Source: an uncultured Clostridia bacterium | Lineage (GTDB): Bacteria > Bacillota > Clostridia > TANB77 > CAG-508 | NCBI GenBank assembly: GCA_944391885.1 | Contig: CALXVE010000001.1 | Coordinates: forward strand, 173 to 64,172 | Reading direction: 5' to 3' | Length of the DNA: 64,000 nucleotides | Shown here: piece by piece, positions 50,333 to 61,398 of the stretch | Position numbering within the stretch: the stretch's first letter is position 1 | How the letters are laid out: every line of letters starts with the position of its first letter | The notes under the pieces: generated by a model | The model's database searches: none | Told to the model about the DNA's origin: nothing | Seen by the model: only the letters and a program-made list of their open reading frames with translations | Position numbers and translations under genes: made by a program

Positions 50333-51046
50333 ATGAATTTTGGAGGAATATTAGCCGGGGGAAAAGGCACAAGGATGGGGAAAACAGATTTACCAAAACA
50401 ATTTTTAATGTTAGGAGAAAAGCCAATTATTATACACACTATAGAGCAGTTTTTGGTTTCACCAGCAATTGATGAAATTGTAGTAGGAGTTCCAGAAAAT
50501 TGGATTGACTATACAAAGGATATTATTGAAAAATATTGTAAAGACGATAGAATACATGTTGTTCAAGGTGGTCAAAACAGAAATGGTACTATTATGAATA
50601 TTTGCAAATATATTTGTGAGAATTTTAAAGATAATGAGAACATTATAGTAACTCATGATGCAGTAAGACCATTTGTAACACAAAGAATTATTAAAGAAAA
50701 TGTGGAAATTTGTAAGAAAATAGGTGCTGCTGATACTGTAATTTCTGCAAGTGATACAATAGTAGAATCAAAAGATGGAGAAATAATTTCAAATATCCCA
50801 ATACGTAGTCAAATGTATCAAGGGCAAACTCCACAAAGCTTTAATGTAGAAGAATTTATTAAGCAATATGAATCTTTAACAGATGATGAAAAAGAAATTT
50901 TAACAGATGCAACAAAAACATATGTGTTAAAAGGAAAAAAAGTAGGACTAGTATCAGGTGAACCTTATAATATGAAAATAACGACTAAATATGATTTAAA
51001 ATTAGCAAATTTAATGCTTAATAATTTAAGGAGTGAGGAAGAATAA
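50333..51046 (+). CDS. tarI: Ribitol-5-phosphate cytidylyltransferase
   Basis: The protein is collinear with the TarI sequence as I recall it (GILAGGKGTRMG...LPKQFL, THDAVRPF, MYQGQTPQSFN). Confidence 0.85.
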   Translation: MNFGGILAGGKGTRMGKTDLPKQFLMLGEKPIIIHTIEQFLVSPAIDEIVVGVPENWIDYTKDIIEKYCKDDRIHVVQGGQNRNGTIMNICKYICENFKDNENIIVTHDAVRPFVTQRIIKENVEICKKIGAADTVISASDTIVESKDGEIISNIPIRSQMYQGQTPQSFNVEEFIKQYESLTDDEKEILTDATKTYVLKGKKVGLVSGEPYNMKITTKYDLKLANLMLNNLRSEEE

Positions 51047-51049
51047 AAT

Positions 51050-52066
51050 ATGATAAATGAAATTGTAAAATTGGTATCACCTAAAAATTTAGAAACTTTT
51101 TTTCAAGATGAACAATATAATGATGATTTAGTAGTTGTTAGACCTACTTATTTATCTATATGTGCTGCAGATCAAAGATATTATCAAGGTAAAAGGAAAA
51201 AGGAGATTTTAGATAAAAAATTACCTTTAGCATTAATACATGAGGCTGTGGGACAAGTTATATATGATAAAACAGGAGAATATAAAAGAGGCGAGAAAGT
51301 AGTAATGATTCCTAATACACCAATAGAGAAAGATGATGTTATTCGTGAGAATTATTTACGAAGTTCTAAATTTCGCTCTAGTAGTGCAGATGGTTTTATG
51401 CAGAGTGCTGTTTATATTAGGCGTGATAGAATTATTCCTATTGGGAATATAGAAGAAGCAATAGGCTCACTTTTGGAACTTTGCAGTGTTTCTGTAAATG
51501 CTATTGAAACATTTATTCAAAAAAGTCATAAAAGAAAAAATGTTATTGGAGTATGGGGATGCGGAAGTGTTGGCTATATTACCACATTATTATTAACGAA
51601 GTGTTTTCCAGAAAGCAAAATTGTTATTGTTGGTACAAGGATGGAAAAGTTATCCTATTTTTCTTTTGCAGATGACATGAAAATGATTACAGAACTAGAA
51701 CCAAATTTTAGAATTGACCATGCTTTTGAGTGTGTTGGTGGAGTAAAATCAGCAGATGCTATTAATCAGATTATAGATTATATCAATCCAGAAGGAACTA
51801 TTTCTTTATTAGGTGTATCTGAAGAACCAGTGGATATTAATACAAGGATGGTTTTAGAAAAAGGACTACAACTTATAGGAAATAGCAGAAGTGGATACAG
51901 TGATTTTAAAAAATCAGTTGAATTATTGCAAGATAAGCAGATGCAGGCATACTTATCTAATATTATTTCAGAAGAACTAGAGATTAATAATATAAATGAT
52001 ATTAATGAAGCTTTTGATAAAGATGTAAACAATGAATTTAAAACAGTAATGAAATGGAATTTATAA
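51050..52066 (+). CDS. tarJ: Ribulose-5-phosphate reductase (zinc alcohol-dehydrogenase family)
   Basis: SICAADQRYYQGKR and HAFECVGG motifs match TarJ as I recall it. Confidence 0.8.
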   Translation: MINEIVKLVSPKNLETFFQDEQYNDDLVVVRPTYLSICAADQRYYQGKRKKEILDKKLPLALIHEAVGQVIYDKTGEYKRGEKVVMIPNTPIEKDDVIRENYLRSSKFRSSSADGFMQSAVYIRRDRIIPIGNIEEAIGSLLELCSVSVNAIETFIQKSHKRKNVIGVWGCGSVGYITTLLLTKCFPESKIVIVGTRMEKLSYFSFADDMKMITELEPNFRIDHAFECVGGVKSADAINQIIDYINPEGTISLLGVSEEPVDINTRMVLEKGLQLIGNSRSGYSDFKKSVELLQDKQMQAYLSNIISEELEINNINDINEAFDKDVNNEFKTVMKWNL

Positions 52067-52078
52067 GGAGAAAACAAA

Positions 52079-53269
52079 ATGAAAAAATTCATAAGAAGGT
52101 TATTTAAGGCATTTAGACAATTAGGAATAGCTATTTTAAATAGAATTTTTATAATATGTCTACCTTTAAAAGAAAACAGAGTATTATTTATTTCTGATGT
52201 AAGAGAAAATATTGGTGGCAACTTGGAGTTTATATATAATTATTTAGGGGACCAATATGAAAAAGTAGTGTCTTTTAAGAAAGACACTAGGACAAAAAGA
52301 AATATTAAAGATAAAATTGAAATGGTAAAATATTTATCTACTTCAAAATATATATTCCTAGAAGAAATCGTACAAGCCACTTCTTATTTGAAAGTTAGAA
52401 AAGGACAAGAATTAATACAGCTATGGCATGCTGCTGGGGCCTACAAGAGATTTGGGCATAGTAGGGAATCTACAGATTTAACAAGAATACATAAGGGATA
52501 CAAAAAATATACTAAAGCAATTACCAGTTCTGAAGCAATTAGACCTTGTTATGCAGAGGCTTTTGACATGGATTTAGAAAAAGTACAAGCTACTGGCTCT
52601 CCTAGAACAGATTTATTTTTTGACGAAGAATATAAAAGCAAGAAAAAAGAAGAAATATATAACAAATATCCTTTTTTAAAAGACAAAAAAGTAATACTAT
52701 TTGCACCGACATATAGGGGAACACAAGCACGCAATGCACATTATGATATGGAAATGCTAAATTTAGATAAAATTCATGAAAAGTTAAAAAATGAAAACTG
52801 TATTTTTATTTTTAAATGGCACCCATATTTATATAACAACATAGTTAGAAAAAACAACGAAGTTTATAAAGAATATTTAAAATATCCAGAGTTTTATTAT
52901 GACTTGTCAGAGGAAAGAGATATTAATGATTTATTACTAGTAACAGACATACTAATAACTGATTATTCTTCAGTAATTTTTGATTATTTATTTATGAATA
53001 AACCAATTATATATTTTACATATGATGAAGAAGAATACATCGATAATGGTAGAGGTTTATATTTTCCTTTTGAAGAATATGTATATGGGCTTGTTACTAA
53101 AAATGATGATGAACTTATATCTGCCATTTTAAAAGATGACATGATGCTAGAAAAAAGAGAAGTTTTTAAAGAAAAATTTCTAGGGGCTTGTGATGGTAAT
53201 TCAACAAAGAAAACATATGAGTGGGTTTTTGAAAATAAACTTCCCAAATATACTTTAACACTAAAATGA
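52079..53269 (+). CDS. CDP-alditol phosphotransferase of the TagF/TarK/TarL family (likely ribitol-phosphate primase/polymerase)
   Basis: LWHAAGAYKRFGHS and ITDYSSVIFDY motifs of the TagB/TagF family. Confidence 0.7.
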   Translation: MKKFIRRLFKAFRQLGIAILNRIFIICLPLKENRVLFISDVRENIGGNLEFIYNYLGDQYEKVVSFKKDTRTKRNIKDKIEMVKYLSTSKYIFLEEIVQATSYLKVRKGQELIQLWHAAGAYKRFGHSRESTDLTRIHKGYKKYTKAITSSEAIRPCYAEAFDMDLEKVQATGSPRTDLFFDEEYKSKKKEEIYNKYPFLKDKKVILFAPTYRGTQARNAHYDMEMLNLDKIHEKLKNENCIFIFKWHPYLYNNIVRKNNEVYKEYLKYPEFYYDLSEERDINDLLLVTDILITDYSSVIFDYLFMNKPIIYFTYDEEEYIDNGRGLYFPFEEYVYGLVTKNDDELISAILKDDMMLEKREVFKEKFLGACDGNSTKKTYEWVFENKLPKYTLTLK

Positions 53270-53284
53270 CTATAGGAGGAGAAA

Positions 53285-54412
53285 ATGTCAATAATTCTAA
53301 TAAAAATGGGAATTGCTATTTCAAACTTTATTTATTTTTTTATAAAGTTATTTCCAGTTAAAAAAAATAAAGTTACTTTTATTAGTAGACAAAGTAATGA
53401 TGCTTCTATAGATTTTAATATGATAGTGGAAAAGTTAAAGGAGAAAGATACAAACTGTAAGATAGTATTACTTTGTAAAAGATTAGAAAATGGAATTATT
53501 AGCCAAATAAAATATTGTTTCCATATACTAAGACAAATGTACCATATTGCTACATCGAAGGTTGTTGTTTTAGATAGCTATTGTATTCCTATCTGCATCT
53601 TAAAACATAAAAAAGATTTAGTAGTAATACAAATTTGGCATGCCCTGGGTTCTCTTAAGAAATTTGGTTATTCTTCCTTAGACAAAGAAGATGGAAGAAG
53701 TAGTAAAATAGCTAGAGCAATGAGGATGCATTATAATTACACATATATTTTAACTTCTAGTAAAGTCTCAAAAAAGTATTTTATGGAAGCTTTTAATGCG
53801 AAAGAAGAACAAATGAAAGTAATGAACTTGCCAAGAGTGGATTTTTTGAAATCTAAAATTGCAAGTGAAGAAATCAAAAATAAATTTTATGAAATATACC
53901 CAGAAGCCAATAATGATAAAAAAATAATCTTATATTGTCCAACTCAGCGTAAAAGTGGCAAAGTTCCACTTGGGGAAATTATAGAAGAAATTCCGTTTGA
54001 AAAATATAATTTAATGGTAAAATTACATAATGGAAAAGAAATTTTATACACAAATAAAGGTAAAATTTTAAAAGGAAGATTTTTTACAGGTATGGAACTT
54101 TTACATGTTGGGGATTATATTATTACTGATTATTCTGCTATTGTATATGAGGTAGCAATTACTAAAAAACCAATTTATTTTTATGCATATGATTATAGCA
54201 ATTATATGCAAGATAGAGGAACATATATTGACTATAAAAAAGAAATGCCGGGGCCAATTTGTGAAGATTTTAAACAGATTATAGAAATGATAGAAAGTAA
54301 TTACTATAATAAAGAAAAAGAAGAAGAATTTTGCCATAAATATATTGAGAATTTAGAAAAAAATGCAACAGAACAATTGACCGATTTTATACTAGGTAAA
54401 ATAAAAGAATAA
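53285..54412 (+). CDS. CDP-glycerol glycerophosphotransferase family protein (TagB/TagF-like)
   Basis: QIWHALGSLKKFGYSS and ITDYSAIVYE motifs. Confidence 0.7.
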   Translation: MSIILIKMGIAISNFIYFFIKLFPVKKNKVTFISRQSNDASIDFNMIVEKLKEKDTNCKIVLLCKRLENGIISQIKYCFHILRQMYHIATSKVVVLDSYCIPICILKHKKDLVVIQIWHALGSLKKFGYSSLDKEDGRSSKIARAMRMHYNYTYILTSSKVSKKYFMEAFNAKEEQMKVMNLPRVDFLKSKIASEEIKNKFYEIYPEANNDKKIILYCPTQRKSGKVPLGEIIEEIPFEKYNLMVKLHNGKEILYTNKGKILKGRFFTGMELLHVGDYIITDYSAIVYEVAITKKPIYFYAYDYSNYMQDRGTYIDYKKEMPGPICEDFKQIIEMIESNYYNKEKEEEFCHKYIENLEKNATEQLTDFILGKIKE

Positions 54413-54427
54413 CAAAGGAGATGAAGC

Positions 54428-57100
54428 ATGAATTACAAGTATAAGTTTTCAATTATAATACCAATATATAATGCTAAAGAATATATAGAAGCAACAATTA
54501 AGAGTGTTATTAATCAAACAATAGGATTTAGAAAGAATATTCAATTAATCTTAATAAATGATGGAAGTACAGATGAATCAGAAGATATCTGTTTGAAATA
54601 TAAGAGAAAATACCCAGAAAATATTGTGTATTTTAAAAAAGAAAATGAAGGTGTCAGCAAAACCAGAAATTATGGAATGCAATATATTCAAGGAAAATAT
54701 GTCAACTTTTTTGATAGTGACGATATATGGGATAAAACAGCATTTTCAAAAGCTTATAAAATGTTAGAAAATCATAATGAAATAGATTTTGTGTCTTTTA
54801 GGGTGAAGTTTTTTGATGCGAAAACTGGATTCCATGCTTTAGATTATAGATTTGATAATGGTAGCAGAATTGTGAATATAAATGAAGAACCATACTGTAT
54901 TCAAACATTTATAGGAACTGCAATTTTTAGATATGAGGCTATTAAGAATTGCAAATTTGATACTGAGCTTAAATATGCCGAGGATACTAAATTTGTAAAT
55001 GAATTACTTTTTAAGAAACAAAAATATGGAATAATATCAGATGCTATTTATTATTATAGAAAAAGAAAAGATCAAAGCAGTGCTACTCAAATGGGAGCAC
55101 AAAATCATTTTTATTATGATTCATTAGAAGGAACATATTGGTACTTAATGCAAAAATCAATTAAAAATTTCGGTAAGGTAACAAAATATTTTCAAGCATT
55201 AACAATGTATGAATTGCAATGGAGAATTAAAAGAAAAATCACAGATGATTTAGAACAAAAGAAAAAAGAAGAATACATTAAATCATTTGAAAAAATAATT
55301 TCCTATATAGATGATGTTGTTATTTTAAATCAAAAATCAATTGGATATGAATATAAGATATTAGCATTAAAAGTAAAGTATAAAGATCAATTATTGCAAA
55401 AACTTGAAACAAGAAAACAAGGAATTTATATAGGTGAAAATTTGCTAGTTAATTACCAAGATATTACAAATATAATAGAAACATCTAAAATAGAAAATGA
55501 TAATTTACTTATAGATGGAGAAATATTTTTATTAGATAAAACAATGGAATTATACTATAATATTAACAATGGAGAAAAACGTATAAAAATACCATTTTAT
55601 GCAACAAAGCAAATAAAAAATGTATTTGATAACAAATATGATAATGAAGTTAGAAATGTATATCGTATACAAATTCCATTGAAAAATGTGAAAAACATAC
55701 AAGTTGAATTAAAAATAAATAATGAATATTGGCAAATAAAAAATAAATTTATTAATTTTTCTAGAATTAATAATTTCAAATTGGGATATTATTATGCAAA
55801 TAAATATCTAATTACCAAAAAGAATAATAAAATAATTGTTAAATACAAACCAAGCCCATTAAATGTTATCTCAAAAGAAATATTTTTCTTATTATATATT
55901 ATGCTCAAAAAAAGGAAAATTAAAGTAGCTACGCAGAGAATATTATATTGGATGGCAAAACCGTTTCTACCAAAAAATATCTGGCTTTTTTCAGACAGGG
56001 AATTTATGGCAAGAGATAGCGGAGAATTAATGTTCAAATTTACAAATGCCCAAGAAAATATTAATAAAAGAAGTGCTTATTTTGTAATTGATAAACATTA
56101 TGATGATTATAAAAGAATGAAGCAATATGGTAAGGTAATTAGTTATCACTCACTTAAATATAAATTGTTATTTTTAAATTGCAAATATGATATATCTTCA
56201 CATGCAGATGCATATGTTACAAACCCATTCGGAAAATCACGAAAATATTATATAGATTTATTCAAATTCGATTATATTTATCTTACACATGGAATACTAT
56301 TACATGATTCTTCATCTTGGCTTAATAGATTGAATACTAATATTTGCTTAAATGTTGTAACAAGCCCATTAGAATATAATAGTATATTATCAGGCAATTA
56401 CTATTTTAGACCAGAAGAACTAATGAAAACTGGTTTGCCAAGACATGACAACTTAATGAAAGATGACGTAAAAGAAGAAAATAAAATATTAATTATGGCT
56501 AGTTGGAGATCTAAATTAGCAGGAAGAGTTATAAAAGGAACGCAAAGAAGGGAATATAATCAAAAATTTAAAGATACTGAATATTGTAAATTCTATAACA
56601 ACCTTTTCAAAGATGAAAGATTACAAGAAAGATTAAAAAAATATAATTATAAGATTAAATTTTGTGTACATCCAAGTTTTAGGACGCAATTTGAAGATTT
56701 TAAAGGAAATGAATTTGTAGAAATAGCTATTGATGTAGATTCTCAATATGAAACAAAGTCATCTAAAATGCTAATTACTGATTATTCATCTGCTGCTTGT
56801 GATTTTGCTTATCTAAAAAAACCAGTAATTTATGCAAATTTTGACTTGGACCATATTTATCAAATTCACTATTATAATAAAGGATATTTTGATTATGATA
56901 TAAATGGATTTGGACCTAATTGTAAGAATTATGAAGATACTATTAATGAAATTATAAAATGTGTTGAAAATAATTGTAAAATTGAAGAAAAATACAAGAA
57001 AAGATGTGAAGAATTTTTTTATTATCATGATGATAATAATTGCAAGCGAGTTTATGAAAAAATATTGGAACATGATAAACAAAAAACAAAACTAGATTAA
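54428..57100 (+). CDS. Bifunctional GT2 glycosyltransferase / CDP-glycerol glycerophosphotransferase (TagF-like) fusion
   Basis: N-terminal GT-A fold (FSIIIPIYNAKEYI, DGSTDES, FFDSDD) and C-terminal TagF-like domain (ITDYSSAACDFAYLKKPVIY). The protein is 890 aa. Confidence 0.75.
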   Translation: MNYKYKFSIIIPIYNAKEYIEATIKSVINQTIGFRKNIQLILINDGSTDESEDICLKYKRKYPENIVYFKKENEGVSKTRNYGMQYIQGKYVNFFDSDDIWDKTAFSKAYKMLENHNEIDFVSFRVKFFDAKTGFHALDYRFDNGSRIVNINEEPYCIQTFIGTAIFRYEAIKNCKFDTELKYAEDTKFVNELLFKKQKYGIISDAIYYYRKRKDQSSATQMGAQNHFYYDSLEGTYWYLMQKSIKNFGKVTKYFQALTMYELQWRIKRKITDDLEQKKKEEYIKSFEKIISYIDDVVILNQKSIGYEYKILALKVKYKDQLLQKLETRKQGIYIGENLLVNYQDITNIIETSKIENDNLLIDGEIFLLDKTMELYYNINNGEKRIKIPFYATKQIKNVFDNKYDNEVRNVYRIQIPLKNVKNIQVELKINNEYWQIKNKFINFSRINNFKLGYYYANKYLITKKNNKIIVKYKPSPLNVISKEIFFLLYIMLKKRKIKVATQRILYWMAKPFLPKNIWLFSDREFMARDSGELMFKFTNAQENINKRSAYFVIDKHYDDYKRMKQYGKVISYHSLKYKLLFLNCKYDISSHADAYVTNPFGKSRKYYIDLFKFDYIYLTHGILLHDSSSWLNRLNTNICLNVVTSPLEYNSILSGNYYFRPEELMKTGLPRHDNLMKDDVKEENKILIMASWRSKLAGRVIKGTQRREYNQKFKDTEYCKFYNNLFKDERLQERLKKYNYKIKFCVHPSFRTQFEDFKGNEFVEIAIDVDSQYETKSSKMLITDYSSAACDFAYLKKPVIYANFDLDHIYQIHYYNKGYFDYDINGFGPNCKNYEDTINEIIKCVENNCKIEEKYKKRCEEFFYYHDDNNCKRVYEKILEHDKQKTKLD

Positions 57101-57102
57101 AT

Positions 57103-57135
57103 TGCAATTAGGGATAGCCCCTAATTGCATTATTT
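57103..57135. terminator. Bidirectional terminator between the teichoic acid genes and the convergent tyrS
   Basis: Hairpin AATTGCAATTAGGG-ATAGC-CCCTAATTGCATT followed by ATTTTTC. Confidence 0.7.
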
Positions 57136-58356
57136 TTCTAATTTATGGAATATTTTTTTCCCTTTTCTTAAAATAGCATATCCATCTTTAAAATCTTTAT
57201 CAGATAATTCATATGCTGTATCTGAAATTTTTTCATCATTTAAAGAAATTCCACCTTGTTCAATTAAAATTCTAGCCTGACCTTTAGAAGGTGCAAATCC
57301 AATTTGTATCATAGCATCTAAGATTGAGTATGGAAGGTTTTCTATTTTAGAAGTTGGCATACTGTCTAAACTTCCTTCTCCTTCAAATAGAGCTTTAGAA
57401 GCTTCTTCGGCTTTTATTGCTTCTTCTTCGCCGTGAATTAATTTTGTAATTTCAAAAGCAGCCACTTTTTTAGCTTCATTTATTCTCTCGTCTTGATATG
57501 CACATAGTTCATCGACTTTTTCCATTGGCAAAAATGTGAGCAATGATAAAACTGTTTTTACATCTGCGTCATCAATATTTCTCCAGTATTGGTAAAATTC
57601 ATATGGAGAAGTTTTGTTAGGGTCTAGCCATAATGCACCTTTTTCAGTTTTTCCCATTTTTTTACCTTCTTTGGTAACTAGAAGCTTAAAAGTCAAACCA
57701 AAAGAATCTGAGTGCCCAACTCTACGGATTAAATCAACACCACCTAATATATTAGACCACTGATCATTTCCACCCATTTGCAATTTACAACCATAATCAT
57801 TATATAATGTTAAGAAGTCGTATGATTGCATTAACATATATCCAAGTTCAAAGAAAGTAAGACCTCTTTCCATCCTTTGTTTATAGCACTCGGCAGCAAG
57901 CATTTTATTTACAGAAAACAAAGAACCAATATCTCTCATAAACTCTACAAAATTTAAATCCAAAAGCCAATCTGCATTATTTACAAAAATTGCAGCATTT
58001 TCGCCTTCAAAACTCAAAAATTTTGACATTTGCTTTTTAAAGCACTCAACATTGTGGTTAATTTCTTCACGAGACATCATCCTTCTCATATCAGTTTTGC
58101 CAGAAGGATCACCAATAGTTGCAGTTCCACCACCAATTAATAAAATAGGCTTATGACCTGCTTTTTGCATGTATGAAGCTACCATTAAAGAAATAAAATG
58201 ACCAATATGCAAGCTATCTGCAGTAGGGTCAAATCCTATATAAAAAGGCACACTTTCTTTGCCTAATAAATCTCTTAATTCTTCATGTGTAACTTGTTCA
58301 ACAAATCCTCTTTTTGTTAATGTGTCAAATACATTTTCTTTTTCCATTAAAATCAC
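57130..58356 (-). CDS. tyrS: Tyrosine--tRNA ligase
   Basis: HIGH motif (SLHIGH) and KMGKT (KMSKS-type) motif. A C-terminal S4 domain is present. Confidence 0.9.
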   Translation of the reverse strand: MILMEKENVFDTLTKRGFVEQVTHEELRDLLGKESVPFYIGFDPTADSLHIGHFISLMVASYMQKAGHKPILLIGGGTATIGDPSGKTDMRRMMSREEINHNVECFKKQMSKFLSFEGENAAIFVNNADWLLDLNFVEFMRDIGSLFSVNKMLAAECYKQRMERGLTFFELGYMLMQSYDFLTLYNDYGCKLQMGGNDQWSNILGGVDLIRRVGHSDSFGLTFKLLVTKEGKKMGKTEKGALWLDPNKTSPYEFYQYWRNIDDADVKTVLSLLTFLPMEKVDELCAYQDERINEAKKVAAFEITKLIHGEEEAIKAEEASKALFEGEGSLDSMPTSKIENLPYSILDAMIQIGFAPSKGQARILIEQGGISLNDEKISDTAYELSDKDFKDGYAILRKGKKIFHKLEK

Positions 58357-58497
58357 CCTTTCATATTGTTATAAAAAACATCAACAATATTTTACCACAT
58401 AAATATCAAAAAACAAGTGGAAAATGTAAAAAAAGGTTTACTCAAAATAGATATAATGATATAATGGGTCTAGTTTTTAGAGAAATGAGGTTATATT

Positions 58498-59193
58498 ATG
58501 GATTGGATTACTAATGGATTAACAGAAATTGAGCCAAACAATATAAGTAATAAAGAACAAAAGGAAAAGGTGGCAAAAGAAATAGCACTTAAAGCTAAAG
58601 ATGGAGATATAATTGGTTTTGGTTCTGGTTCTACTTCATATTTGGCAATAAAGGAACTTGCCAAAAGGATGGAAGATGAAGACTTGAAAATTACAGCAAT
58701 TCCAACTTCTTTTGAAATTAAAGCATTATGCCAAGAACTAAAAATTCCGACAGTTAGTATTTTAGAAAAGAAACCAGACTGGGCTTTTGATGGTGCAGAT
58801 GAAGTATCAAAAGAAGATAATATTATAATAAAAGGCAGAGGAGCAGCAATGTTTAAAGAAAAATTAAATATTGCAAATTCAGGAATTACATATATTTTGG
58901 TTGATGATAGCAAATTTGTGGACAAGCTAAATGAAAAATTTCCAATTCCAATTGAAGTATACCCAGAAGCTGTGAATAGTGTAAAAGAAGCTTTAACTGA
59001 TTTAGGAGCAACAGAGTGTATACTAAGAAAAGCAGAAAAAAAGGATGGACCGGTATTTACAGAAAACAATAATGTTATATTAGATACTAAGTTTGCGGTA
59101 ATTTATGAAACACTTGAAGAAGATATAAAATCTATTACAGGGGTAATTGAAAGCGGTTTATTTATAGATTATCCAATTGAAGTATTACATTAA
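58498..59193 (+). CDS. rpiA: Ribose-5-phosphate isomerase A
   Basis: GFGSGSTS and FDGADEV motifs. Confidence 0.85.
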   Translation: MDWITNGLTEIEPNNISNKEQKEKVAKEIALKAKDGDIIGFGSGSTSYLAIKELAKRMEDEDLKITAIPTSFEIKALCQELKIPTVSILEKKPDWAFDGADEVSKEDNIIIKGRGAAMFKEKLNIANSGITYILVDDSKFVDKLNEKFPIPIEVYPEAVNSVKEALTDLGATECILRKAEKKDGPVFTENNNVILDTKFAVIYETLEEDIKSITGVIESGLFIDYPIEVLH

Positions 59194-59212
59194 AATAAAG
59201 GAGAAAAAGATT

Positions 59213-60341
59213 ATGTGGGGAGATATAGCAATAGCTTTTTTATTAGCCTTTATTACTGCATATGTGCTAACACCATATACTATGAGGCTTGCAAAAAAAG
59301 TAGGAGCAATAGATATACCAAATGATAGAAGAGTAAACAAAAAGCCAATCCCTAGACTTGGAGGAATTGCTGTAATTTGTGGTTTTTTAGTATCAATGAT
59401 TTACTTATTAATTGTTATGAGTGTAGAAAACACTATAAACTTATTTGGTGAAGAACAATATTGGTTAAAATTATTAGGGGTTTTAGGTGGAATTTTAATT
59501 TTAGGAATTACATGTTTTTTCGATGATTCAAAAGGAATTCCTAGTTGGGCAAAACTAATAGCACAAATACTTGCAGCTGTTGTTGTGGTGACTTGTGGTA
59601 TACGTATTGAAAATATTAACTTGCCATTTTTCCAAGGAGAAATATTATTTAATGAGTGGTTTTCATACATATTAACAGTTTGCTGGATTATAGGAATTAC
59701 AAATGCTATTAATTTGATTGATGGCTTAGATGGTTTGTCATCAGGAATTAGCCTGATTTCATGTGTTTCTCTACTAATTATATTTACTCTTAATAACTCA
59801 CCATTAATTGCTATTTTATTAATAACTGCTTTGGGTGGAGCTATAGTTGGATTTTTACCATTTAATTTTAGTCCTGCAAGAACATTTATAGGGGATACTG
59901 GCTCTAACTTTTTAGGTTTTTCACTTGCAATTATATCAATTTTACGGAGTTGCAAAAACATATACAGCTTTAGTGTTAATAGCACCAATTATAGTCCTTG
60001 GATTACCAATATTTGATACTATTTACGCAATAATTAGAAGAATTATAAAAGGTAAATCGTTAAAAGCAGTTTTTATGGCTGATAAAGGACATTTACATCA
60101 TAGACTTATGAAAAAAGGATATACACAAAAACAAGCTGTACTAATTCTATATGGATTAACTGCAATTTTAGGCATGTTTGCAATAATTCTTTTGGAAAGT
60201 GGAATTTGGAAGGCATTATCTTTTGCTCTATTAGTTATAGCATTTATTGTAATTGGATATAATGATATTTTTAAAGTAAAACAAGATGAGGAAAATTCTG
60301 AAGAAAATATAGATGTGCAGCACGTTAGACATGATAAATAA
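59213..60341 (+). CDS. tagO: Undecaprenyl-phosphate GlcNAc-1-phosphate transferase (TagO/WecA family) with an apparent +1 frameshift
   Basis: AGGAG RBS before the ATG at 59213. ORFs 59177-60016 and 59925-60341 are the N- and C-terminal parts (LAIISIL | GVAKTYTALVLIAPIIVLGLPIFDT). Removing the extra C in ttaCgga at about 59945 joins them. Confidence 0.75.
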
Positions 60342-60364
60342 TTATAAAGGGATGAATTTTTAAT

Positions 60365-61372
60365 ATGGAAGAAGAAAGATTAATTAGCCCAGAGTTAGAA
60401 GATGTTCAAGAAGAAAAAATGGAAAAAACTCTAAGACCAAAAACATTGGATGAATATATTGGACAAAACAAAGTAAAAGAGAATATGAAAATATATATAG
60501 AGGCTGCCAAAAAAAGAGGTGAGCCTCTTGACCATGTTTTACTATATGGCCCACCAGGACTTGGAAAAACAACTTTGGCAAATATTATTTCAAACGAAAT
60601 GAACTCAAATATTAAAATTACTTCTGGTCCAGCTATTGAAAAGCCAGGAGATTTGGCGGCATTACTTACAAATTTATCAGAATTTGATGTGCTATTTATT
60701 GATGAAATACATAGGCTGAACAAAAGTGTGGAAGAAATTTTATATCCTGCATTAGAAGATTATACACTTGATATTATAATAGGTAAAGGTCCAAGTGCAA
60801 GGTCAATAAGGCTTGATTTACCTAAATTCACATTAATTGGAGCAACTACAAGGGCAGGAGCATTGGCAACTCCATTAAGGGACCGTTTTGGAATTGTGCA
60901 TCACTTGGAATTTTATGACACAAAAGATTTGACAACAATAGTAAAAAGGTCTGCTAAAATTTTAGATGTAGAGATAGATAATGAATCAGCCACAGAAATT
61001 GCAAGGCGTTCAAGGGGAACACCAAGAATTGCAAATAGGCTATTAAAAAGAGTAAGGGATTATGCGGCTGTTTTAGATAATGGAAATATTAATTTGAAAG
61101 TTGCTAAAACTGCACTAACAAAACTAGAAATCGACGACATGGGGCTTGACAATATAGATAGAAAAATATTGGAAACAATGATATTAAATTACGGTGGAAG
61201 ACCAGTGGGAATTGAAACATTGGCTTCTACAATAGGGGAAGAAGTAGAAACATTAGAGGATGTATATGAGCCATATTTGATGCAAAACGGATTTTTAGGA
61301 AGAACACCAAGAGGCAGAATTGCGCTCCCAAAAGCATATGAGCACTTAAATTTGCCAAATCCAAATAATTAA
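60365..61372 (+). CDS. ruvB: Holliday junction branch migration helicase RuvB
   Basis: [21 protein letters not shown] and DEIHRL motifs. No ruvA is found upstream. Confidence 0.9.
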   Translation: MEEERLISPELEDVQEEKMEKTLRPKTLDEYIGQNKVKENMKIYIEAAKKRGEPLDHVLLYGPPGLGKTTLANIISNEMNSNIKITSGPAIEKPGDLAALLTNLSEFDVLFIDEIHRLNKSVEEILYPALEDYTLDIIIGKGPSARSIRLDLPKFTLIGATTRAGALATPLRDRFGIVHHLEFYDTKDLTTIVKRSAKILDVEIDNESATEIARRSRGTPRIANRLLKRVRDYAAVLDNGNINLKVAKTALTKLEIDDMGLDNIDRKILETMILNYGGRPVGIETLASTIGEEVETLEDVYEPYLMQNGFLGRTPRGRIALPKAYEHLNLPNPNN

Positions 61373-61398
61373 TTTATATTAAGGGGAACTAAATTAAA

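Noticed and set aside
58357-58497. Possible T-box riboswitch upstream of tyrS
   Set aside because: The region is too short and lacks the conserved T-box and antiterminator sequence.
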